A stretch of DNA of 63,136 nt, the filler included. It is 4 parts of 4 records of this genome, joined end to end, with 100 filler letters (N's around TTAATTAATTAA, not from the genome) between each part and the next. Parts side by side here need not be neighbours in the genome. Positions count along the whole stretch, not along the records: positions 41,020 to 57,751 come from SRR20825006_2128; 3 more parts are not named here. One strand, written 5' to 3'. Of the stretch, positions 46,279 through 55,720 are shown one piece after another. A program made the position numbers and the translations under genes. The notes under the pieces were generated by a model. The model did no database searches. It saw only the letters and a list, made by a program, of their open reading frames with translations, and was not told the origin of the DNA. Numbering within the stretch: position 1 is the stretch's first letter; each line of letters begins with the position of its first letter.

Positions 46279-49200
46279 TGAAACAATTTTTACTAACCAT
46301 TACGATTTTTGTGTTTCTAACCGGGGTAGCAATGGCCCAAACAGTGACATCAATCAGTCCATCTTTGAACTCAGATGATGTGGCTGTCACTTCAAATATT
46401 ACCATTAACTTCAGTGAAGGGATGGACAATGCCACCATAACTTCATCAACGGTGATTATTAGCGGCTCAATGAGAGGGCTTTATAGCGGCTCTTTTTCTT
46501 ATGGTGCAACTTCCGCAACCTTTGATGCTGATGATTCATTTTTTCCAGGTGAATTTATAACTGTGGTAGTGACAGAAGATGTTAAAGATGCTGGTGGTGA
46601 TGCGATAACTGCACCGTACAGAACTACATTCACAACTGCAACTTCGGGTGATGGTGAGTTTAGTGTAGGGGATGAGTACACCGCAGATGGATCAAATTTC
46701 ACAGATTGGTCAATCACTGCTGATATCAATGAGGATGGGTACATTGATATTATTACTTTGGTTCCGTCTCAGAACAAGATGTCGATTTTCACAAATGATG
46801 GTGATGGTACTTTCAGCGGACCGACCAACTATACCACTGCAAATTCTTTCCAAGTTGAAGCAAAAGACGTAGATCAGGATGGCTCTCTTGATTTGGTAAC
46901 TTCAAATAATAATGCCTTCATGATGTCGGTGTTTATTAATAACGGCAGTGGTTCTGGGACATTTGCTTCAAAAGTTGATTATGCAAATGGCTCGAGTTGG
47001 AATGGAAAGGCACTTACTACTGGTGATATTGACAACGATGGAGATGAGGATGTACTAGTTGATATTATTATTGGCGGTGCAGTAGATAGTGTTCAGATTT
47101 TCTTAAATGATGGGGATGGTACGTTCACCGTAGCCGATGGGATATCCACAACCGATGGGTTTGAACAAATAAAGTTATGGGATATTGACGGTGATGAAGA
47201 TCTCGATTTTGTTGGCGTAAGTCCTGGATTGGGCCAATTAGTGACCTATAGGAATGATGGTTCTGGATCCTTTTCATTACATACAACCAGTGCTATAACA
47301 TCATCATCCTACCAATTTATTTTAGCAAACTTCAAATCATCTTCTGCTGATATTGAAGCAATTACTGTTGACCAGAGTGACGATGTGGTTCGATATTTAG
47401 GGGATGGCATTCCTTGGGCATTTGGCGCTTCACCAGCTACAATTAATGTTGGTGACACACCTGTGGGAATTGCTTCAGGTGACCTTGATGGCGATGGACA
47501 TATAGATGTTGTGGTTTCAAATGCAATAGATATGAATTTATCCATATTAATGAATGATGGAACTCCTTCATTTACAGAAAGTAATTATTCAACTGGCTCA
47601 ACTTATGCGAATTTCATTTCTTTGGCTGATGTTGATAATGATGGTGATCTTGATATTGTGATGGGGAATCAAGATGGAACGATTAAAGTTGCATTCAATT
47701 TTTCTGGTCCTGCAGTGACTTCTATTACACCAGCAAACGGATTAACTGAAATAGCCTCAAATGATAGTATAATTGTTGTTTTTAATGAAGCAATGAAAGC
47801 TTCAACACTTAATTCAACAAATGTTACGGTTGTTGGAACTACTGCAGGAACAATTACTGCTTCCTATTCTTATGATTCTAATGATAGTACGCTAACTATC
47901 ACTCCCAACTCAGATTTTATACTTGGCGACGAGATTACTGTTACTATAACCACAAATGTAACAAGCGATGCAGGTGTTGCAATCACTTCAAGCGCCACAT
48001 CAACTTTTGATATTGAAGGTGTGAATGTACAATCTACGGCTCCTTCCGCAAATGCTACGGGTGTTTCAGTGAGCAGTAACATAGATATTACTTTTAATGA
48101 TACGATGGATAATACCACGTTAACGACCAGCAATATATTAGTGTTTGGCTCCTTAAGTGGATCAATCCCAGGTTCAATTTCAATAAACAGCAACACAGTT
48201 ACATTCAATCCAACTGATGATTTTATTCCGGGTGAAGAAGTTTCAATAGTTGCTACAAGTGGTATCGAAAACAGCAGTGATGTTGCTATGGATGGCCCGA
48301 ATGTAATCCGGTTTAAAGTTCAAGGGTCCGTTGGATATATCACTCATGATGATACAGTTAAGTCGGTTGGGCAAGATCCAAGTGACATTGTGATTATGGA
48401 TGTTGATGTTGATGGGTACCTCGATCTCGTAATCACCAATGGTACCGATAATACGGTAAGTATTATGCTTAATGATGGTAGCGGTGGATATTCATCGGCA
48501 ACTACACTTGCCACTGGCTCATATCCATCAAGTATTGTTGCGGGTGATTTTGATAACCAAAACGGTATGGATTTCGTGGTGACTAATTACTCCGATAATG
48601 ATATTAGAGTATTTACCAATAACGGAAGTGGTACTTTTAGTACCGCCGATTACGCAGCTGGCTCAGGTGCAGTAGATGCCGTTGTTGCCGATTTCGACGG
48701 AGATGGTTACCTCGATATTGCTGTACACAACAGGAGTGCAGGTAACGAACAGATCTTTTTAAATGATGGTGACGGAACCTTTACATCTGCAGGAACAATA
48801 TCAACAACAAGCAATATGAACCGCATTTTTGCGGCCGATTTAGATAATGATGACGATATAGATATTATATCAGGTGGTGCCGGTTATGGATTATACACAT
48901 CATTAAATAATGGCGATGCAACTTTTGCTGCTGCTATCTCTACTTCTATTCCTTCCTACGATGTCGAATTTGTAGATTTGAATGGTAACAATTATTTGGA
49001 TTTGGTTGTTTCTGATTACAACTCCAATGAAGTTTCAGTTCACCTGAATGATGGTGATGGTACTTTTGGTGTAGCCACCAATTACACGGTTTCGAAGGCC
49101 CATGAATTGTCAATAGTTGATGTAAATGATGATGGCGATATGGATATTGTTGCCCTTAACTTTTCTGAAAAGAGCGGTCAGGTACTGGTAAATGGTGGTA

Positions 49201-52200
49201 GTGGTACATTTACAACAGGTCAAACCTTTGATGTAGGAGCAACTCCGGACAGAATGGAATTTGCCGATCTTAATGAGGATGGGCAGATGGATTTTGTTTC
49301 TGTGGCAAGAACAGAAGATGCCATTTCCATTAATTATGGTACAGAATATGTTGAGGTGAGCTCATTCACTCCAACTGAGAATGCAATTGATGTATCATCT
49401 ACCGCAAATATTACTGCAACTTTTAACGATGATATGGATTCAGGTACGTTAACTGATTCTACTGTTTTAATATCTGGTTCTAATTCAGGATTGATTTCAG
49501 GTGTCTTCACATACGATGGACCCTCAAAAACAATGACTTTTAATCCGGATAACGCATTTAAAGCGGGTGAAAAAATTAATGTAATCTTTAGTACAGGAAT
49601 TAAAAACTCGAATGGGAGTGCTCTGACAATACCCACACAATTTACATTCACAGCAGAAGCCTCTGGCGTCGGGTATTTTTCTTACGCAGTTGAGAGTAGT
49701 GTATTCCCTAATAGTGTGAGTTCACTTTTTGGTGCCGATTTAGATGGTGATGGTGACCAGGATATGGTAGGTCTTTACAATCTATATATGTCGGTTCGAA
49801 TTAATGACGGATCAGGAACTTATGGCTTTGGAACAGCAACTGATTACTTCATGAGTGGAGGTGGAGCTTCTATACTACCAGCGGATCTCGACAATGACGG
49901 TGATGTTGATATGCTTGCTATGAGAGGTAACTCCAAGTATTTGGTATTCATGGAGAATGACGGGTCGGGCACGTTTAGTCGTAAAGACAGTATATCTACG
50001 AATCAGGTGGTATCTGGTGGCCGATGGACCACGGGCGACTTTAACAATGACGGCAATATAGATGTTGCCATCATAGACCAAGGAGTTTCTAACTATGCAT
50101 TATACATTTATACCAATGACGGGGATATGAATTTCAGCTCGTATTATCAGAGTGATGATTTTGATGATAGTGCAAGTCTAACCTCAGCAGACTTAGATAA
50201 TGACGGTGATTTAGATTTTATACTAAGTGAGCGTTATGAGTATTATTCTGTAATACTTAGCAATGGTGATGGTACATATGGATCTGAAACAACATATGCC
50301 GCACCTAATGGTTCATATACTCGTGCAACGGTCGGAGATTTTGATGGTGACGGTTATATGGATATAGCAATTGCAAATCAATATTCAGAAGATGGTAACA
50401 GCTTTTCAATACGTTTGAATGATGGCGATGGCACATTTGGTGATAAAACAGATCACGCGACAACAAATGATAATTATTGGGCATCAACCGGAGATATGGA
50501 TGGCGATGGTGATCTGGATATTATTATAGGAAAAAGTAATAGCTTGTCCATCGCTTTCAATGATGGAAGTGGGGGGATCGACGAAGTTGTAGATTATTCT
50601 ATTACTGGTTCCAATATAGGAACAGCCATTTTTGACTATGATGGTGACGGAGATTTGGATATTGTGAATCCGGCATATCCCAACCTATCTTATTTAACCA
50701 ACGAAGCACCAACTACACCTTCAAGCGAAGTTACAAGTTTAACTTTCAGCAATAATTATGGTGAGCAAATTACAACCAATTGGAGTAATGGTGATGGAAC
50801 TGGAAGGTTAGTACTTGCTAAACAAGGTAGTGCCGTAGATGCAACTCCTACCGATGATACATTCTATACAGCTGATGATTTCGGAATAGGCACACAACTG
50901 GGAACCGGGAATTATGTAGTTTATGCGGGGTCTTCAAATTCAGCAGATATTGCGGGGTTGACGGTAAATACGACTTACCATTTTGCTGTATTCGAATACA
51001 ACAAAGGCGGTACTGAAATCAAATATCTCACTTCTAGTCCTGCTACTGGTAATGTAACAACAGCAGAAGAGCCAACTACGTCCGCGACATCGGTTGCATT
51101 CTCTGTGGTTAAAGATACTCGTATGACAATTAGCTGGACTAATGGTGATGGCCAAAATCGTATTGTTTTAGTTAAAGAAGCTGGAGCAGTAGATGGAACC
51201 CCTTCAGATAATACATCTTATAGCGAGAGTACAGAATTCGGTGAAGGTGCAGAAATCGGGTCTGGTAACTATGTGGTATATAATGGAAATGGAAGTTCAG
51301 TAACTGTAACTGGTTTAACTGCTGAAACAACTTATCATGTATCAGTGTTTGAGTTCAACGGAACTGACGGAATGGGAAGATTTAAAACCACTTTCCCAGC
51401 AATAGGAAATTCTACTACTATGCCAACTCCAGCTATCTGGAGTAAAAATGATAGTACTCTGGTATTTACAAAAGCAAATTTTGGGGATCATAACCAAGCC
51501 GCTAATCAAGATCGGATTACTGAAAATATTTGGCTTACAAGAGCGGGAAGTGGCTACTTATTTAACTATGCAGACGAGCTGGAAGATGGTGATAATTCCC
51601 CTGCTGGTACTCAATGGGCATTAGGAACCACTGACAGCCTTTCTACTTTAACTTTCCAAAGTTTTAGTGATCTATGGAGTGGTAATGCTAGTAATATTCC
51701 AGGAAATGATATGGTAGCTTACTTAGAAGCTGATAATGTATATCTAGATATTAACTTTTCGTCATGGACAAGTGGGTCATCTAATGGCGGTGGTTTTTCT
51801 TATACACGGGCTAAAGGGCCTGAACCAACTCCAATTATACAATCTTTTCAGGATTCAGCTGGATTTGCATATAAGTTCGATGGTGGAGATACCGAATATT
51901 ATATGGAAGCATATCTTAGCGATTATGCTATGGGAAACCAATTTAGTGTTGAAATGTGGGTAAAACCAGATTCTGTAGGGATTGACCAAGTATTTTTAGA
52001 ACTATACTCTGAATTATATGTAGGTATAAATAGCTCCAATAAATTCTATGCAACTCATAGTGAACCAAATGCGGGTAGCGGTGGGGGCGAAGAATATGTG
52101 ATTTCAAATAATATCAAAAGTGAAAATCAAAATGGACGGTCACTTGTAGCTTCTAAAGCTGAACTTGCTGACAATACCAGTAATATCGCTACAAAAGATG

Positions 52201-54923
52201 AGTGGTATCATGTAGCATTAACTGGAGAATCCGGTGGTTTGTTAACACTTTATGTGAATGGTGTTGCAGTGGATACCACATCTGTGAGTGATGTTACAAT
52301 TGACGAACAATATTGGTATATCGGTAGTGATTATGACGAGGATAAATATTTCTATGGGACAGTTGATGAACTTAGAATATGGAAATCGGTTAGGACAGCT
52401 TCTCAGATAAGATCATTTATGCATACACCATATACGGGTGCAGTAGGGCGTTTAGTAGCATACTGGCAGTTTAATGAGGGTACCGGAGGCTCTTCTTTTG
52501 ATGGTTTAAATAATTACGAGGCAGAGTCTTATAATTCCGACGAAGCTTCATGGACTTCCTCTGATGTTCCAATTGGAGATGGTACTGTTGAAGAAACTTC
52601 TGATTTCCAAAGTGGAACTGCCAATATTGGGAATGCTTCCCTTACAATGGCTGATGGTTTCGATAACCCAGTTGATGTACAGGTTACAGAAGTAGAAGGA
52701 AATCCAAATCAATTCCCATCAGGTTTTACTTCGGGACTTGGAGGTAAGTATTTCGTAATTAATTTATTTGGTGATCCAGGTACATTTAGTGCAAATCTTA
52801 CATTAACCTATGGCTCTGGTGTAATTACAGCAACTCAGCAATCCAATCCTAATCTAGTAAAACTATATAAGAGAGGATCTAACTCTACTGGCGCATGGTC
52901 AGAAATTGCTAGCGCAACATCTGCTGTTGAAGCAACTGGTGTAGTTACTTGGACTGGAATCACATCGTTCAGCCAATTTATGGCCGTTACCGATACATTA
53001 ACTCCATTTAGTCTCGAATTGGCCGATGGGGCAGATGTAGTTTCCTATAAAGATAGCGCCTATACTTTTGAATCTAGTTTCTTCCAACTAGTTGGAACTT
53101 ATACGGATTCGGCATTAACGATTAATTCAAAATCCACGTTAAACGGTTCTTTATATCTAGACCAAAATTCGAATGGAGACTATGATATAGGCACCGACTC
53201 TTTACTTACTTCTGGAAAAGAACTTACATATACACCAAGCGGAAGTGTAAAGTTGAGATACGCTTCATCTACAATAGGTGTTGAATCAGCAGTAATAAAA
53301 CTACAAACTAGCCAAAGTGCTGATTCAGTCTCTTTAGATTTCTTTACAGCAGAAGGTAGTCCAAGTCTAGCTGGTACTGCCGATGAAAATGGTTGGTATC
53401 TGTTGTCCAATCCGTTCACCACTTCTTTAGGAGATCTCTTAGATAATATCTGGACGCAAGGCGCACCCAATTCTGATGCTCCTGGGGGTGACGCAACCTT
53501 GTTTACGTTTAGCCAAGACAGTTCAAAATATGTAGCAATTTCAACCGATCTTGATACTACTAAGTTGGCTGCTGGAACTGGATTGTTAGCTTACATTTTT
53601 GCCGATGATGATAATAATTCAGGAACTCCTTTAGTGAATAATGGTTGGCCAAAAACACTTACTAACTATGGTAATCCATTTGGTACCGATGTATCTGTAA
53701 CAATCAAAAATGTGGATCATGATGGTTTATCAGGAACATCAGGTAGCGAAGGCTTTGCTTTACTTGGTAATCCTTATGGCTGGCCACTTTCTGCCGACTC
53801 AGTAATTGCAACCATCAAACGCGAAGATGCACTGGCCAATAGCTATGTGTACCGTTGGAACCCTGTTGAAAAACAGTACCAATTGGTTACAACTGGAGCT
53901 ATTGAAGCCTATGAGTCTTTCTTTGTGCGAATCGTCACTTCTGGAGCAACCGCAAACCTAAGTTTCGATTATGATGATGCAGATATAGCAGATCCTTCAA
54001 AAAAGGTGGCCAATAATCCATTTGAACTGATACTGACTCACTCAAAAAGTGGATTCAAGTCCCGTTCGTATCTACGTTTTGATGAGAAAGCATCTGATGG
54101 TATTGATCCGTTCGATGGTTATTACCTGGGCTCCTATGCAAGGAATTATTCCAACCTGTATACTCAAGTTAACGACCAAAGACTTACAATTAATAATATT
54201 CCATCAAATCTTGATCAAGAAGTTGAGTTCCCAATGTACATAGATGGAACACTGTCAGGTGAATATGATTTAGTATGGAACAGCGAAAGTCTTCCAAAAG
54301 ACTTTAGATTCATTCTTACTGAAGTAGCCACGGGTACAGAAATAGACTTAGCAACACAGAACTCTTATTCCTTTAGTGACGGACTTATGGCTAAAAAAGT
54401 TATTACTAAGGAGGCGACAAGTAAGTCTGTTGATTCGGATTTGGAAGAGGAGGAAAACATCGATGGAAAAACCGTTTCATCAGAATTAGATGAAGATGTA
54501 AGTGTGCAGTTACTAGATTCGCAATCCGAAAAATCTGCAACGGATCCAAAAGTTGAAGCTAAGGCTAAGGCAAGTAGCTCTGATGCACTTTTTGTCTTGA
54601 AGATTACTCCACTGCTTGCGTCAGGAAACGAAAACGAAGATGGGTTGGGTATACCAACAACAGTAGAACTTGAACAAAACTATCCAAATCCGTTCAATCC
54701 AACGTCAGTAATCCGGTTTGGAGTTCCAAACACAGCTGAAGTTCAACTGGAAGTATTCGACGTACTTGGCCGAAAAGTGATGACGCTTATAAACAACGAA
54801 ACCAAACAGGCAGGTCGATATAATGTTCAATTCGAAGCTCGGAACTTGGCCACAGGAATGTACATTTATCGTCTCGTAATAGGGGATAAAATACTAACCA
54901 AGAAAATGCTTCTTATTAAGTAA
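46278..54923 (+). CDS. 2881-aa secreted protein: Ig-like (Big_5) domains, three FG-GAP clusters, two Fn3-like repeats, LamG-like domain, T9SS type-A C-terminal domain
   Basis: Signal peptide (AMA-Q); many DxDxDGDxD motifs; I.I.FSE.MD..T Ig motifs; WYHVA...LYVNG...GTVDELRIW; LEQNYPNPFNP...FDVLGRKV...LATGMYIYRL...KKMLLIK. Confidence 0.92.
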   Translation: MKQFLLTITIFVFLTGVAMAQTVTSISPSLNSDDVAVTSNITINFSEGMDNATITSSTVIISGSMRGLYSGSFSYGATSATFDADDSFFPGEFITVVVTEDVKDAGGDAITAPYRTTFTTATSGDGEFSVGDEYTADGSNFTDWSITADINEDGYIDIITLVPSQNKMSIFTNDGDGTFSGPTNYTTANSFQVEAKDVDQDGSLDLVTSNNNAFMMSVFINNGSGSGTFASKVDYANGSSWNGKALTTGDIDNDGDEDVLVDIIIGGAVDSVQIFLNDGDGTFTVADGISTTDGFEQIKLWDIDGDEDLDFVGVSPGLGQLVTYRNDGSGSFSLHTTSAITSSSYQFILANFKSSSADIEAITVDQSDDVVRYLGDGIPWAFGASPATINVGDTPVGIASGDLDGDGHIDVVVSNAIDMNLSILMNDGTPSFTESNYSTGSTYANFISLADVDNDGDLDIVMGNQDGTIKVAFNFSGPAVTSITPANGLTEIASNDSIIVVFNEAMKASTLNSTNVTVVGTTAGTITASYSYDSNDSTLTITPNSDFILGDEITVTITTNVTSDAGVAITSSATSTFDIEGVNVQSTAPSANATGVSVSSNIDITFNDTMDNTTLTTSNILVFGSLSGSIPGSISINSNTVTFNPTDDFIPGEEVSIVATSGIENSSDVAMDGPNVIRFKVQGSVGYITHDDTVKSVGQDPSDIVIMDVDVDGYLDLVITNGTDNTVSIMLNDGSGGYSSATTLATGSYPSSIVAGDFDNQNGMDFVVTNYSDNDIRVFTNNGSGTFSTADYAAGSGAVDAVVADFDGDGYLDIAVHNRSAGNEQIFLNDGDGTFTSAGTISTTSNMNRIFAADLDNDDDIDIISGGAGYGLYTSLNNGDATFAAAISTSIPSYDVEFVDLNGNNYLDLVVSDYNSNEVSVHLNDGDGTFGVATNYTVSKAHELSIVDVNDDGDMDIVALNFSEKSGQVLVNGGSGTFTTGQTFDVGATPDRMEFADLNEDGQMDFVSVARTEDAISINYGTEYVEVSSFTPTENAIDVSSTANITATFNDDMDSGTLTDSTVLISGSNSGLISGVFTYDGPSKTMTFNPDNAFKAGEKINVIFSTGIKNSNGSALTIPTQFTFTAEASGVGYFSYAVESSVFPNSVSSLFGADLDGDGDQDMVGLYNLYMSVRINDGSGTYGFGTATDYFMSGGGASILPADLDNDGDVDMLAMRGNSKYLVFMENDGSGTFSRKDSISTNQVVSGGRWTTGDFNNDGNIDVAIIDQGVSNYALYIYTNDGDMNFSSYYQSDDFDDSASLTSADLDNDGDLDFILSERYEYYSVILSNGDGTYGSETTYAAPNGSYTRATVGDFDGDGYMDIAIANQYSEDGNSFSIRLNDGDGTFGDKTDHATTNDNYWASTGDMDGDGDLDIIIGKSNSLSIAFNDGSGGIDEVVDYSITGSNIGTAIFDYDGDGDLDIVNPAYPNLSYLTNEAPTTPSSEVTSLTFSNNYGEQITTNWSNGDGTGRLVLAKQGSAVDATPTDDTFYTADDFGIGTQLGTGNYVVYAGSSNSADIAGLTVNTTYHFAVFEYNKGGTEIKYLTSSPATGNVTTAEEPTTSATSVAFSVVKDTRMTISWTNGDGQNRIVLVKEAGAVDGTPSDNTSYSESTEFGEGAEIGSGNYVVYNGNGSSVTVTGLTAETTYHVSVFEFNGTDGMGRFKTTFPAIGNSTTMPTPAIWSKNDSTLVFTKANFGDHNQAANQDRITENIWLTRAGSGYLFNYADELEDGDNSPAGTQWALGTTDSLSTLTFQSFSDLWSGNASNIPGNDMVAYLEADNVYLDINFSSWTSGSSNGGGFSYTRAKGPEPTPIIQSFQDSAGFAYKFDGGDTEYYMEAYLSDYAMGNQFSVEMWVKPDSVGIDQVFLELYSELYVGINSSNKFYATHSEPNAGSGGGEEYVISNNIKSENQNGRSLVASKAELADNTSNIATKDEWYHVALTGESGGLLTLYVNGVAVDTTSVSDVTIDEQYWYIGSDYDEDKYFYGTVDELRIWKSVRTASQIRSFMHTPYTGAVGRLVAYWQFNEGTGGSSFDGLNNYEAESYNSDEASWTSSDVPIGDGTVEETSDFQSGTANIGNASLTMADGFDNPVDVQVTEVEGNPNQFPSGFTSGLGGKYFVINLFGDPGTFSANLTLTYGSGVITATQQSNPNLVKLYKRGSNSTGAWSEIASATSAVEATGVVTWTGITSFSQFMAVTDTLTPFSLELADGADVVSYKDSAYTFESSFFQLVGTYTDSALTINSKSTLNGSLYLDQNSNGDYDIGTDSLLTSGKELTYTPSGSVKLRYASSTIGVESAVIKLQTSQSADSVSLDFFTAEGSPSLAGTADENGWYLLSNPFTTSLGDLLDNIWTQGAPNSDAPGGDATLFTFSQDSSKYVAISTDLDTTKLAAGTGLLAYIFADDDNNSGTPLVNNGWPKTLTNYGNPFGTDVSVTIKNVDHDGLSGTSGSEGFALLGNPYGWPLSADSVIATIKREDALANSYVYRWNPVEKQYQLVTTGAIEAYESFFVRIVTSGATANLSFDYDDADIADPSKKVANNPFELILTHSKSGFKSRSYLRFDEKASDGIDPFDGYYLGSYARNYSNLYTQVNDQRLTINNIPSNLDQEVEFPMYIDGTLSGEYDLVWNSESLPKDFRFILTEVATGTEIDLATQNSYSFSDGLMAKKVITKEATSKSVDSDLEEEENIDGKTVSSELDEDVSVQLLDSQSEKSATDPKVEAKAKASSSDALFVLKITPLLASGNENEDGLGIPTTVELEQNYPNPFNPTSVIRFGVPNTAEVQLEVFDVLGRKVMTLINNETKQAGRYNVQFEARNLATGMYIYRLVIGDKILTKKMLLIK

Positions 54924-54961
54924 TTGAGAATGATAAATAGACTTATTTAACATTACACACC

Positions 54962-55375
54962 ATGAACATCAACGCCAAGAAATGCGATTTTTGCCAATCT
55001 ACCGAGGGGTTATCACGCCCCATCGGTGGCTTTGTGGTAGAATTAAGACAGGTTGAGATAGATGGAAAAAACAAAATGGCTTGTCAAAGCTGTTACCGCT
55101 TTCACTTAGAAACAAGTAGAATTATGGAAACTAAAAGAGTAAACCAAACAACTTTCAAGAACTTCATGCAAAAAATAAAGGCCATAAGCGTTAGAGTTTT
55201 TTACGGGCTATTGTTTATATGCTATTTTGCAAGCTACGCATTTGCGCAAGGACCTCCAGGATTACCTGGATTTCCCGATGCACCCGACGCTGCTCCTATT
55301 GATGGTGGACTAGGACTGCTAGCCGTTGCAGGTGGAGCGTACGCTTGGAAGAAACTAAAATCAAAGAAAGGTTAA
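54962..55375 (+). CDS. C4 zinc ribbon + signal peptide + Pro-rich linker + PIDGG (PID-CTERM-like) sorting tail (paralog B)
   Basis: CDFC-x29-CQSC; YAFA-QGPP cleavage-like site; APIDGGLGLLAVAGGAYAWKKLKSKKG. Confidence 0.85.
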   Translation: MNINAKKCDFCQSTEGLSRPIGGFVVELRQVEIDGKNKMACQSCYRFHLETSRIMETKRVNQTTFKNFMQKIKAISVRVFYGLLFICYFASYAFAQGPPGLPGFPDAPDAAPIDGGLGLLAVAGGAYAWKKLKSKKG

Positions 55376-55720
55376 TGCTAGCATAGTATAATCCTAATCA
55401 ATACTCGTTCGCTGTTGTAGCTCTCCATGCCTTCCTGAACAATAATGAGTTTAGGGGGGTAGAAGCTTAGTAATTAATATGAACTATCTTTTATTGATGA
55501 TTTGCTACATGGAATAATATTTAAGGCCTAAAATCGCAACACGAATTCTTATTATAGAACAAACGTCTCGCTTGCCTCTTCCCAATTCTAGGACAGGTCA
55601 AAACCATTCATCCTAAATAAATCCTCAGTTGGGTAATTGGTTTATAAAATCATAACTTTATAGATGTTGCTTTCGCACGATGTGAAAGCGTTAATTTTTC
55701 TATTCATCAAACATAATTTT

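Noticed and set aside
46700-50700. Repeated GATGGTGATGG-like sequences as DNA repeats or DGR template/variable repeats
   Set aside because: Explained by FG-GAP DxDxDG codons; no reverse transcriptase and no adenine-specific repeat pair seen
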